A stretch of DNA of 64,000 nucleotides from a virus, in IMG/VR virus record IMGVR_UViG_3300023184_008416, positions 64,001 through 128,000 of that record. The stretch is one strand, 5' to 3'. Positions 30,375-40,273 of the stretch are shown in pieces (position 1 is the first letter of the stretch; each line of letters starts with the position of its first letter). The translations under genes were made by a program, and so were the position numbers. The notes under the pieces were generated by a model. The model worked only from the letters and a program-made list of their open reading frames with translations, searched no databases and was not told where the DNA came from.

Positions 30375-33300
30375 ATGGCAAACGTTAAGTTAGGTAGCGC
30401 TGGAGTCACCGCAAAAGAAATTGACCAACAGGGGCCCGCGCCCACATCACCCCAAGGAACACCTGCCGGAATTATCGGCACTGCGAACGGGGGACCTGCG
30501 TTCGTTCCCTACACAGTTGCAAACTTGCAAGACTTTTATGCAAAATTTGGAACGTCTGATGGCAAAAAATTCGGCCTTTTGGCGGCGTCAGAATGGTTAA
30601 GAAACGCAAGATCATTAACTTACCTCAGAGTGTTAGGTGTCGGTGATGGTTTACAAAGACTCAGTGATGGTCGAGTAAATACATCAGGTTTTGTTGTTGG
30701 TGAACAACTACCAAACGGAGAATGGGGACAAGCTTCCAATAATCCTTATGCTAACGTAGGTGGTCCACTTGGCAGAACATACTTTTTGGGAGCTTTCATG
30801 TCAGCCTCTAACGGAATTGATCCCTTGTTCACCAATGGGATTCAATCATCTGCCCGGGCAATACCTTTTATTCGCGGCGTTTTAATGACACCGTCGGGAG
30901 TTGTGGCAACATTATCATCGTCGGTTGCTATTACGAGTGATTCTGCTTCATCCAATGCTTTAAATCCCAACGGTTCCGAGGTTGGTGACGTTAAATTATT
31001 TACTTCAGCTCCTCCAGGATCTGCAGCGTCTAGCCAATTTATTATGTTGCTAAACGGACACATTGGAACTGTGTCTCATCCAAATGTTTTGACTGCATCT
31101 TTTGACCCAATTGCAGGGGGAGCTTACTTCCCACTAAAATTAAACACCGATCCTTTAAAATTACAAGAAGCTGGCCATTATTTGTATGCTGCATATGATA
31201 TGCCAGGATTCGTAGTTACTGGTTCAGGTTTGCTTTCATCCTCTGTTGTTGCATCACTGGCAACAAATTATAATGAAACAGCTGCATTTTTGTTGTCTGG
31301 GTCAGCAAACTATAACAGCGGTTCTACAACAAAACCAAACTTTGAAAATTTTGAAACCCGTTTTGAGCATGCAAAAACGCCTTGGTTTATTTCACAAAAA
31401 CTAGGCGGAAAGAATTTTAATCTTTTTAGATTCCACTCTCTTGATGCCGGCTTAAACGTTTCTGACAAATACAAGATTTCAATAGAAAATTTAACGACAT
31501 CGACTGACCAAAATAATCTTTACGGAGCATTCGATATTCTCGTGAGACAATGGGATGACACAGATTTTGACAGAAAGATAATTGAAAGATACACGGGAGT
31601 TAGTTTAGATCCCTCATCTGATCGATACATCGCGAAGGTTATTGGCGATGTTAAAGTATATTACGATTTTGACAGGGCTGAAACTGATCAAAAATTAGTT
31701 GTTGAAGGAAATTATTCAAACCTTTCTCGAGTTTTTAGAGTTGAAGTTTCAACCGAGGTTGATCATGCGATCATAGACGCAAGCGCTCTCCCCATGGGCT
31801 TTAGAGGTGTATATCACCTAGTAACCTCTGGATCTGACCCACTTGCACCTGTACCTGCATTCAACATAACCGGTTCAAATTCAGTTGGTTCGTTTACCAA
31901 TTTGATGAAATCAGCAAAACAACCACCCCTTCCTTTTAATCTCTCTGTTTATCGCGGTTCTCCCAACAAGCGTGTTGCAGATCCAGCGGTTTACTGGGGC
32001 GTCGCATTCCAATTACCAGTTGTAAGCACCGATGCTGGCACACGTCTTAGCAAGAAACAAGCAAACGGTGTCAAATCATTTGCTAAATTCTTCCCTGATT
32101 TCAAGACAGATACAATCAATTTCATCGTCGGCGACAATGAAGGTGTTGCAGATACGATCAAAAACGGTGTTCTTGATGCAGACAGATTCAATGACAATCT
32201 TTTTAATCTTGAAAAAATAAAGGTTGTCACGGGCTCAAATGGTTTGGCTGATCCACAAAAGTGGCAAGAAGCTCAATACATTAGAGTTGGAAATGTTACG
32301 TCAAATCCATCGGCCAAAACCCGTGCATTCTCGGTCAATGATTTAACGACTGAGAACAGAAGATACGCAAAATTCAGTACCTTCATGCAAGGAGGATGGG
32401 ACGGTGTCAATCTCTTTGATTACGAAGAGTCAACGTTAAGTAACATTGCTGTTGAAAGCGACATGCAGATTCCAGAACGCGGTTCAAACATGGGTCCAAA
32501 TGTTAGAGCATACACCAAGGCTCTTGATGTCATGAAGAATGTTGTTAACGTTGACGTCCAGTTGCTTGCAATACCAGGCATCAGAAATGAATTTGTTACA
32601 AACACCGCCATCGGCGCAGTTGAAGACAGATTCGATGCAATGTATGTCATGGATATCGTTCCTTACGACATGAATGATTCAATCGTTACCTCTTCACTCC
32701 AACAGGTTTCTGTACAAAACACAACACAACAGTTCGTCCAAAGAGGCTTGAATTCTTCGTTCGCTGCAGCATACTTCCCTGACGTTTCAATGTTGGATCC
32801 AAACCTAAACATAGCAGTCCAGGTTCCACCCTCTGTTGTCGTGATGGGTGCACTCGCTCTCAATGATGCTGTCGGATACTCATGGTTTGCTCCCGCTGGT
32901 TTCACACGTGGTTCTCTGTCCACAACACTAGAGACCAAGGTAAAACTCAGCAAGCTCAACCAAGACGTTCTCTACGATGCAGACATCAACCCGCTCGTTC
33001 AGTTCACCACTAACACTGTAGGTGGAACAGATCCATCGGGCAACGTAGTGGTCTGGGGTCAAAAGACGCTCCTCGCAGCAGCTTCTTCTCTCGACCGTGT
33101 CAACGTCCGTCGCCTCCTCATTGAGATCAGGCGCCAGGTCAGAGACATTGCACAGACAATCCTCTTTGAGCCAAACAGGGCAGCAACACTCGCCCGCTTC
33201 TCAGCAGCCGTCACACCAAGGCTCCAAAGAATCCAGGCTCTCGCAGGTCTCGAACGATTCAAGGTTGTCATTGACTCTTCGACAACGACCCAGGCCGACG

Positions 33301-33401
33301 TCGAAAACAACACGATTCGCGGAAAGATCTTCGTGCAGCCAACCAAGACTGTCGAATTCGTATCACTTGACTTCGTCGTGGCAAACAACGCTCAACAGTA
33401 A
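30375..33401 (+). CDS. Tail sheath protein 2
   Basis: Same sheath motifs: WFAPAGFTRG, WGQKTL, DRVNVRRLL, PTKTVEFV. Confidence 0.95.
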   Translation: MANVKLGSAGVTAKEIDQQGPAPTSPQGTPAGIIGTANGGPAFVPYTVANLQDFYAKFGTSDGKKFGLLAASEWLRNARSLTYLRVLGVGDGLQRLSDGRVNTSGFVVGEQLPNGEWGQASNNPYANVGGPLGRTYFLGAFMSASNGIDPLFTNGIQSSARAIPFIRGVLMTPSGVVATLSSSVAITSDSASSNALNPNGSEVGDVKLFTSAPPGSAASSQFIMLLNGHIGTVSHPNVLTASFDPIAGGAYFPLKLNTDPLKLQEAGHYLYAAYDMPGFVVTGSGLLSSSVVASLATNYNETAAFLLSGSANYNSGSTTKPNFENFETRFEHAKTPWFISQKLGGKNFNLFRFHSLDAGLNVSDKYKISIENLTTSTDQNNLYGAFDILVRQWDDTDFDRKIIERYTGVSLDPSSDRYIAKVIGDVKVYYDFDRAETDQKLVVEGNYSNLSRVFRVEVSTEVDHAIIDASALPMGFRGVYHLVTSGSDPLAPVPAFNITGSNSVGSFTNLMKSAKQPPLPFNLSVYRGSPNKRVADPAVYWGVAFQLPVVSTDAGTRLSKKQANGVKSFAKFFPDFKTDTINFIVGDNEGVADTIKNGVLDADRFNDNLFNLEKIKVVTGSNGLADPQKWQEAQYIRVGNVTSNPSAKTRAFSVNDLTTENRRYAKFSTFMQGGWDGVNLFDYEESTLSNIAVESDMQIPERGSNMGPNVRAYTKALDVMKNVVNVDVQLLAIPGIRNEFVTNTAIGAVEDRFDAMYVMDIVPYDMNDSIVTSSLQQVSVQNTTQQFVQRGLNSSFAAAYFPDVSMLDPNLNIAVQVPPSVVVMGALALNDAVGYSWFAPAGFTRGSLSTTLETKVKLSKLNQDVLYDADINPLVQFTTNTVGGTDPSGNVVVWGQKTLLAAASSLDRVNVRRLLIEIRRQVRDIAQTILFEPNRAATLARFSAAVTPRLQRIQALAGLERFKVVIDSSTTTQADVENNTIRGKIFVQPTKTVEFVSLDFVVANNAQQ

Positions 33402-33427
33402 TAACACGGCATAATCGAATGGAACGT

Positions 33428-33465
33428 GTGGCGGACAATTAAGGTTGTTCGCCACTCTCTTTTTT
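33428..33465 (+). terminator. Rho-independent terminator after the sheath genes
   Basis: GTGGCGGACAA...TTGTTCGCCAC stem followed by a T-rich tract. Confidence 0.75.
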
Positions 33466-33492
33466 ATGGTCTAAAATGATGCAGGTGATCAA

Positions 33493-33873
33493 TTGAATAA
33501 TCACAACAAGACAATTAAGATATCTGTAAGCAACCTAAGAAAATTAATTCGTGAGGTCGTAGAATCACATGCTGAGCCAGAAATAAAAACACTGGCTTCC
33601 AACCTTGAGGCAACCATTCTTGAAGCCATTGAAAACGGCGTGAGAAATATTGACGCAAAAATGATCGCAAGTCAAATACCCATGATCTCTATTCCCTCTC
33701 CACTGGGAGGAGATTACAAAGATCTTGCAACAAAAATAATTGATGCCGTCTTGTCAATGCCAGAATCGCGTGATCTTCCTCCGTCAGAAAATACATCAGA
33801 TGTCATTGACCTGATCTCTGACGTATTAATGATAGCAGACGCATCAGCTCGCAGCGATGAGCCGATAAATTAA
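33493..33873 (+). CDS. Hypothetical protein, putative internal head protein
   Basis: AGGTGA SD with TTG start. N-terminus IKISVSNLRKLIREVVES. Confidence 0.6.
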   Translation: MNNHNKTIKISVSNLRKLIREVVESHAEPEIKTLASNLEATILEAIENGVRNIDAKMIASQIPMISIPSPLGGDYKDLATKIIDAVLSMPESRDLPPSENTSDVIDLISDVLMIADASARSDEPIN

Positions 33874-35517
33874 GTTAGAACATCCCCAGATCTTGACCAC
33901 CCCCATCTCTGCAGCAACCTCAGCCTCTGTCATCCCCCTGTTTGGGTCGGCTTTAAACTTAAATCGATTGAAGCGATTGTCAAAATCAGTCCACCAAAAT
34001 CGGGGCGTCGTCTCCCCAATTTTCTGAAATCCCGAAGATTCATAACCCACACCTGTTCCAATCCGCCTATCGACATAAGTCATCAATCCTGCCTTCGAAT
34101 TTGCTTTTACAAATTGCATGGCAACTTTGGTCAATTTCCTTAACCCCCCTCTCACGTGAGTGTTAACCCTGGTACAAAATCGGGCAACCTCATAATAATC
34201 TTCATGTGTCTTGTGAAAGGGCTTCCTGATGCTTAACGCACAAACCAACTCTTTTTCAAGATATAAACCCCAAGCAACTATCGAGGCTGTATCTCCATCG
34301 ACATGATTTGCATTAAAAAATTTTCTACGTGATTCTACGTCTAATTTTCCCACCCTTAACTGCCGCGCACCGTACTTATTAGGGGTCATTTTTAAACGGT
34401 GTAAAATCATGCTCTTGACAATGTCGGACTTGTCTCTCCAATCATCTTCAAAAACATGCATTAACTGAATCCCAACTTCTCCCGCCATCTTCAACTTGTT
34501 TTCATGGTAGGCTGAAGACTTGTGCAGATCAGAGTGCCAGTACAATCCATTATATTCGATCGCAAAGTTGTGATCAGGTACCAACACGTCCAACTCAACT
34601 CCCTTAAGAACAGACCGATCATTTCTTTTTAACGTCACTCCCAAAGAAACTATGTAGTCAGCGATTTCCTGCTGTGCGGCAGATCCTGTGGGCTGGCATA
34701 CGTAACACCGACCACGTTGCAATCTCCTAAGCGAATCGTGAAATTCAGAACCACAAACATCACACCTCACCTTGATAACAGGCGAAGCATCATTAATGTA
34801 ATGCTCTGTCCCCCCAATCACCCTTAGGTTTGATCCGATCTCTATCCTACTCTTGATTTCATCGACCTTCAACCTCTTGATCTGATCCAATCTCTTCCTA
34901 AGAGATTCTTTCTTCAGTGACAACGAAACCTTGGTCGCCATGTTCCGAATCCTGACATCAGTATCCTTGTTTAATCCTACAGACCAAGGCACCCGAGAGC
35001 CGGTAGAAAATTCTTCTTTCAATTTATTTGATAACCCCAACAACCTGTCATCTGTATATTTCGTGTGTCCCCTGGACCATGCAACCCTGTCGCCAGATTT
35101 GAACTGTTGCGACACGGTCAAAGATCTCTTCTGGGAAGCTTTCATCAGTCTGTCGTCTGTCTGCTTCGACAACCCCTTGGCCCAATTAACAACAATCCCC
35201 GTTTCCAAAGACTCTTTCAAAGTATTGTTTCGCTTCTCAACTACTCGTTGAGCCTCACCAGAATCGAGATAACTGTAAATGCTGGCGTTGTGACCGATGA
35301 TGAAGTCAGAATAACCCACCTTCCACCCCACCCACCGTGGAATCTGTCCACACCCACACCTACACAGTCTGCACCCATTGATTTGAATCCACGCACTCTC
35401 AACTGTAATCTGATGTACCTCCCCAAGATGTACCTCAAACGACGTCAATCTTTTGGATTCAAAGTCACAAAAAGGACACCTAACAGGCTCTAACACCCTT
35501 CCTTTAATCGCACCCAT
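33844..35517 (-). CDS. Hef-like putative homing endonuclease (paralogue of 9702-11132)
   Basis: Zinc finger, CRCGCG, three WxxGxxKxTDxR repeats, ELDVLVP...IEYNGLYWH...VFEDDW and EVARF...TYVDRR. Confidence 0.75.
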   Translation of the reverse strand: MGAIKGRVLEPVRCPFCDFESKRLTSFEVHLGEVHQITVESAWIQINGCRLCRCGCGQIPRWVGWKVGYSDFIIGHNASIYSYLDSGEAQRVVEKRNNTLKESLETGIVVNWAKGLSKQTDDRLMKASQKRSLTVSQQFKSGDRVAWSRGHTKYTDDRLLGLSNKLKEEFSTGSRVPWSVGLNKDTDVRIRNMATKVSLSLKKESLRKRLDQIKRLKVDEIKSRIEIGSNLRVIGGTEHYINDASPVIKVRCDVCGSEFHDSLRRLQRGRCYVCQPTGSAAQQEIADYIVSLGVTLKRNDRSVLKGVELDVLVPDHNFAIEYNGLYWHSDLHKSSAYHENKLKMAGEVGIQLMHVFEDDWRDKSDIVKSMILHRLKMTPNKYGARQLRVGKLDVESRRKFFNANHVDGDTASIVAWGLYLEKELVCALSIRKPFHKTHEDYYEVARFCTRVNTHVRGGLRKLTKVAMQFVKANSKAGLMTYVDRRIGTGVGYESSGFQKIGETTPRFWWTDFDNRFNRFKFKADPNRGMTEAEVAAEMGVVKIWGCSNLIYRLIAAS

Positions 35518-35623
35518 CAATACTAATGTAATCCCCTTACCTCAAATTGTATCCAATTTTTGGTTTACAGGTTGCTCAATTTTCTCATGTGATATTTAAG
35601 ACTGACCCCAAGGAGGTTTTACC

Positions 35624-36115
35624 ATGGCCGCAGAGACACTTGACGTATCATCAATGATTCCCAATAAATTCGAGCCAAAACGCAAGAATCGGTGGGTACT
35701 TATGATTGAAGGCATCGACGCCTACATCATCAAGACCGCCGCCCGCCCAACTTTCACGACAGACGAAATCGAAATCCCATTCATCAACTCCCGCCGCTAC
35801 GTGGCAGGCCTCACCAAGTTCGAGACCATGAGCGTCACCCTCCACGACCCCATCGCCCCATCCGGCGCACAACAAATCATGGAATGGATCCGCCTCCACT
35901 ACGAATCGGTCTCCGGCCGCGCAGGCTACGCTGACTTCTACAAACGCGACATCCAACTCAAACTCCTCGACCCAGTCGGCACAGTCATCGAACTCTGGGA
36001 CATCAAAGGCGCCTTCATCACCTCCGCCAACTTCGGCGAACTCGGCTACGACGGCGCAGACGCACAGGAAATCCAACTCACACTTCGTTTCGACAATTGC
36101 GTTCTGCAATTTTGA
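35624..36115 (+). CDS. Tail tube protein (T4 gp19-like)
   Basis: AAGGAGG SD. Motifs FEPKRKNRW, YKRDIQLKLLDPVG, WDIKGAF and LTLRFD. Confidence 0.92.
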   Translation: MAAETLDVSSMIPNKFEPKRKNRWVLMIEGIDAYIIKTAARPTFTTDEIEIPFINSRRYVAGLTKFETMSVTLHDPIAPSGAQQIMEWIRLHYESVSGRAGYADFYKRDIQLKLLDPVGTVIELWDIKGAFITSANFGELGYDGADAQEIQLTLRFDNCVLQF

Positions 36116-36182
36116 CATCAATATTCGACAACTGCACAATTGTCGATTGTACAAGTCATTGGGTCTGTGGTACTTTTTAACC

Positions 36183-36974
36183 ATGGACCCAAAGATTTTT
36201 GTGTGCCCTGAGTGTAAAGGGTATGAGGCGACAAAGTTAGATTCATTGCGTATTCATTATCAAAAGAAACACGGCTTACCTGCCCGTAAACTCTATGCAG
36301 ACTTGTTTTTGCAAGGAGGCAAGGAACCACTGTGTGCTTGTGGTTGTGGTGAGCCGACCCGATTTTTGACCTTACAAAAGGGTTTTTCTAAGTATCTTCT
36401 GGGACATGCATCCCGTGTTACCAATAATTGGGGTCACAATAAAATGGCGCAGGAGAAGAGCCTAAAGAAGCGCCGCGATGAAGGGTTGTGGAGTCGGAAC
36501 CCGTGGAACAAAGGTAAGACAAAAGAAAGTGATCCAGAGTTTGCTGAAATTGCAGAGAAAGCCTATGCTTCTCAAGCAGAAAAATCTCGTAAATCAAAAA
36601 TGATGAAAGAACAATGGTCAGACGGGACGATAATTCCTTTGTCTGGTTCTGCACACCCTCAGTGGAGAGGGGGTACATCTGCGTTGCAACCTTTGGTTCG
36701 TTCTCATTTACACACCAGATGGACTTATCCTAAGTTAAGAGAGAGTGGGTTTAAGTGTGTTCAATGTGGTTTGACAAGCGATCTTGAGGTCCATCACAAT
36801 GGAGAGAGGTTTGCTTCAATACTTCATCGGGCGATTGAGACCCTTGGCGAGCCTGGAGAAGATTTTCACAAGAAGTTTATCATTGCCGAGTGGGTCGCCG
36901 ATTACCATGTCGAGCACGAGGTTCCGGGAGTTGTCCTGTGTCAGTCGTGTCACGATATTGAGCATGTCCAGTAA
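36183..36974 (+). CDS. Putative homing endonuclease (zinc finger + HNH-like)
   Basis: CPEC...HYQKKH, CACGCG, WNKGKTKE, HPQWRGG and CVQCG...LEVHH...LCQSCHDIEH. Confidence 0.75.
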   Translation: MDPKIFVCPECKGYEATKLDSLRIHYQKKHGLPARKLYADLFLQGGKEPLCACGCGEPTRFLTLQKGFSKYLLGHASRVTNNWGHNKMAQEKSLKKRRDEGLWSRNPWNKGKTKESDPEFAEIAEKAYASQAEKSRKSKMMKEQWSDGTIIPLSGSAHPQWRGGTSALQPLVRSHLHTRWTYPKLRESGFKCVQCGLTSDLEVHHNGERFASILHRAIETLGEPGEDFHKKFIIAEWVADYHVEHEVPGVVLCQSCHDIEHVQ

Positions 36975-37071
36975 TTGGTATAATATTCCGCTCAGCAGCA
37001 AATTTGGGCCGCGTAGGATATATATACTTAAACACGACCGGCAGATTTTTGGAGAAGAGTGAGATTTTGAC

Positions 37072-39006
37072 ATGAGAAATGATACCTTTTTGTTTGAGTC
37101 CAACGTTGATGATTGTGAGCTCATGACCGAGGCTGGCATTTGGCAATGGGCGAAACACAAGCTTGGAAAGCTTGGTTCTCTCGAGAAAGGTGGTAGCATT
37201 TTTGGTTCAGGTGAAAAGGCTGAGAAAGCGAAGGAGCAATTTGCTGATCAGTTTGAGATCGAGACCAGTAAGATTGGTAATAACATTAATAGCATCATGA
37301 AGGAGAAACTCGCTGAGGCCGATCCTGATCAGGACAAGTCTAATTCCAGGGAGTTCCCTAACGGTCCTGATGGCGAGGCTTTTAAGGCGATGTTGCCTGC
37401 CGCGTTTGAGGCTGTCAACGAATATATTGACGGTCTTGAGGCGGGTGGTGAGAAGCTCGTCGCCCTGGAGGCGTTGCAGAGGTGGATCAAGTATTACATG
37501 GACTATTCTCTCTCTGATGTCTACAAACATTTTGAGTCAATGAGCAGGCGCGATGATGTCATTTTGGAACATAATCTGCTGGTGAAGGAACATGCTAAGT
37601 GGGTTCAATCTCTTCTCAACGAAGATGAAGACTTGCTTGCTGGCAAGTCTGAGACGTGGAAGGGACTCAACAGCAACATGTTACCTGGGATCTTAAGCGG
37701 GCTTGCTGCCGTCACCGGAATTGTTGCCCTCGCTGCAAAGATAGCGATTGCTGAGGCTGGGAAACAGGGTGTAGAGATTGTAAAAGAGGTTGTGTCAGGC
37801 GGTGATGTGAGTTGGGTCAATGGCAGTCCCTTGAAGTACGTGGTTCAGTCAGGTGATGGATTTGATAGGATCACCTTGGGTTTTATGAAGGCAGGTCACT
37901 TTGCAACTCCTCAGGAGTTGTTCAAGGCTTGTGGGGCTGGTGATGAGCACGCTGGAATTCTTGCTTTTGCAAAAGATCTTGGCATGAAAAGCCCAGAAAA
38001 AGTTGCCCAATACGTTGAGGGTCAGATGAAGGCCGGTAGTATTGATCCTCTCAATTGGGGAGGACCAGGAACGGGTGGTGGATTAGGAGATCCAACGGGT
38101 ACGACCGCAAAGTCGTTCATGGCTGCGAATAAACACCCAAAGGACTTGTTGACAATAGGTGCTTTTAAAGCGGTGTTGATTCCAATTGTCAAGTCGACAG
38201 TTAAACTTGGAGTTGCAGGCGGAGCGTCAGCTGCTTTGGTGGCAGCTGCTCCTGCACTTGCCGGAGTCGCAGCTTTTGCAGCTCCTGCGTCATTGGTTTT
38301 GGGTTTAGGTGCCATGGCGATTAAAGCGTTAAGGAGCAAAGGTAAAAAGTCCAGTCGGGCATCACAATTACAGGCTTTATTTGATGCGTTGGATGAGAAG
38401 CTTCGTGATTTGAAAAAGAAGATAGGAATGGGTGAGAAAGAAGAAAAAGCGATAAAGACCGTGCCTACACCTCCACCTGCCCCTCCGCCCGAGCCTGAGA
38501 CGAAACCTGGTAGTGAAGAAGGAGAAGTTAACTTCTTACCTGATGAGGACGTCGTGAGCGTTGAAGACACGCCTCTGTCACAAATTAGGGCAGACATGAA
38601 AAATAAGAAGCTTAACGCCCGTCTCTTTGACGCGATTATCAAGGCGTTTGATTCCAAGGGACTGGTACGTAACGTCGCCATGAATGAGGCGATTAAATCA
38701 CGTGATCTTAACGTTGATGCCGCTATTAATGTTATTGCTGATGATCCTGGGGTTAGAAAATTACTCGGAGCGATGTTGAGGGTTGTTCCACCAAAACGCC
38801 TCAGCAGTGACAAGATAATCAATAATAAGTCTGTTAGACGGATTGTCGCCATCCTGGTGAAGCACGACTTTATCGTCGCAGGTGGGGGCAAAAACAAAAA
38901 ACCAGAGTCCAAACTTAAGAAAAAAGTTACCGCAGAATCCTTCAGCGGTAATGATGATTCTGTTGTGTTGGTTGAGAGATGGCAAAAGATTGCTGGTTTA
39001 ATTTGA
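37072..39006 (+). CDS. Putative internal/ejected virion protein
   Basis: Two hydrophobic Ala/Gly-rich segments, a LysM-like YVVQSGDGFDRI start and C-terminal VERWQKIAGLI. Confidence 0.6.
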   Translation: MRNDTFLFESNVDDCELMTEAGIWQWAKHKLGKLGSLEKGGSIFGSGEKAEKAKEQFADQFEIETSKIGNNINSIMKEKLAEADPDQDKSNSREFPNGPDGEAFKAMLPAAFEAVNEYIDGLEAGGEKLVALEALQRWIKYYMDYSLSDVYKHFESMSRRDDVILEHNLLVKEHAKWVQSLLNEDEDLLAGKSETWKGLNSNMLPGILSGLAAVTGIVALAAKIAIAEAGKQGVEIVKEVVSGGDVSWVNGSPLKYVVQSGDGFDRITLGFMKAGHFATPQELFKACGAGDEHAGILAFAKDLGMKSPEKVAQYVEGQMKAGSIDPLNWGGPGTGGGLGDPTGTTAKSFMAANKHPKDLLTIGAFKAVLIPIVKSTVKLGVAGGASAALVAAAPALAGVAAFAAPASLVLGLGAMAIKALRSKGKKSSRASQLQALFDALDEKLRDLKKKIGMGEKEEKAIKTVPTPPPAPPPEPETKPGSEEGEVNFLPDEDVVSVEDTPLSQIRADMKNKKLNARLFDAIIKAFDSKGLVRNVAMNEAIKSRDLNVDAAINVIADDPGVRKLLGAMLRVVPPKRLSSDKIINNKSVRRIVAILVKHDFIVAGGGKNKKPESKLKKKVTAESFSGNDDSVVLVERWQKIAGLI

Positions 39007-39028
39007 TTTTAAGAAGAGTGGAGTCATC

Positions 39029-40273
39029 TTGAATAATCACAATTTCCAGTACAAAGCATACCAAGGCCTGCTCGAGGGCAAGATCACACGGTTAGAGTAC
39101 GACACGCTCGTCGAGAAAGTTGGGTTTCTCAGCAGAGTTGGTTCAACCTTGAAGGGATTGCTCTCGGGCGGCAAGGAATTTAAGAAGGGATATGATGACA
39201 AGAAGTACAAAGATCTCCTTGGTAAGGCGCAGGCTGACCTCAAAGACACTGTTACGCAGATACGAAAGTTTGCAGAAAAGGTCGGTGTCGAAGACGTAGA
39301 GGATTTGATTCAGCAGTCTGTTGCAGGTATTTTAGGTGCCGCGAACGTGCAACCTGCCGCAGTTGCTCGAGCTATCACTCCTGCCGCTGCGGGTGCTTCC
39401 GGTGGTGGTGACGGAGGTGGGGGAGCTACAACGAGAGGTACAGTCGCAGTTGATAATCCGGATGCAGCAGTTGACAAAGGTGCATCTGTGACCAAACCAG
39501 AACAGGCAGCTGCGAGTCTTGCTGTCGCTCAAGGAGCAGATGAAAAGAAGGTTGATGCAGCGGCTAAGAACCCCCAAAAGGTTTTGGATGACTTTGCAAA
39601 ATACGTTTCCGGCAAGTCAAAAGTTGATATTGACGTTACGTCAAAAATTTTGAATCTTTTGTTGAAGAACGGGATGTTGAAATCAAACGTTAGTATCACT
39701 TCTGAATCTTTAAGAGCTTCAACACAGAGTCTTATTCTAGAACAGAACGGGGTTGTTTTGGGAGAAATCTCACACAGTGACGTCAGGAGAATGTTGAACC
39801 TGTTGAATGAGGCAAGTAAAAAAAAGCCCGCCGCTTCCGCAACACCCAAGACCGCAACACCCACGACCGTAGCTACCACGACGGCTGTGAAGGCTCCCAC
39901 GGCCGGCAAGGGCCGCAGCAGTGGAAAAATGACCGCGCCGCCGCCGAAGGCCGCGAAGCCTGCGCCGCCGCCGAAAGCCGCGAAGCCTGCGCCGCCGCCG
40001 AAAGCCGCGAAGCCTGCGCCGCGCGCCGAACCGAAGAGCGCGCCGCCGCCGAAGGCAAAGCCAGCTGAATCCTCAAGTAAGCAGGTAAATGTTCCAGAGA
40101 ATCTTAAGACAATTGTTAATAAGCTCGAAGGACAATTGAAAGAAAAAGGAGTTAATAAGACCAATTTGGTAGCAACTCTTAAGGTGATTGATGATTATTT
40201 TCTTGTGAAGGAAGGAAGAGTTACTCAAGAGGTTTTAGTAGAACGTTGGCAGCGACTTGCTGGTATTCTTTGA
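39029..40273 (+). CDS. Putative internal virion protein with Pro/Ala/Lys repeats
   Basis: APPPKAAKP repeats and C-terminal VERWQRLAGIL. Confidence 0.6.
   Translation: MNNHNFQYKAYQGLLEGKITRLEYDTLVEKVGFLSRVGSTLKGLLSGGKEFKKGYDDKKYKDLLGKAQADLKDTVTQIRKFAEKVGVEDVEDLIQQSVAGILGAANVQPAAVARAITPAAAGASGGGDGGGGATTRGTVAVDNPDAAVDKGASVTKPEQAAASLAVAQGADEKKVDAAAKNPQKVLDDFAKYVSGKSKVDIDVTSKILNLLLKNGMLKSNVSITSESLRASTQSLILEQNGVVLGEISHSDVRRMLNLLNEASKKKPAASATPKTATPTTVATTTAVKAPTAGKGRSSGKMTAPPPKAAKPAPPPKAAKPAPPPKAAKPAPRAEPKSAPPPKAKPAESSSKQVNVPENLKTIVNKLEGQLKEKGVNKTNLVATLKVIDDYFLVKEGRVTQEVLVERWQRLAGIL
39935..40063 (+). repeat. 27 bp GC-rich tandem repeat (3 copies plus a degenerate one)
   Basis: Unit GCGCCGCCGCCGAARGCCGCGAAGCCT encoding APPPKAAKP. 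Confidence 0.9.

Noticed and set aside
39935-40063. CRISPR array (also considered for 50435-50523 and 14655-15315)
   Set aside because: The repeats are contiguous, in frame and coding, with no unique spacers and no cas genes.
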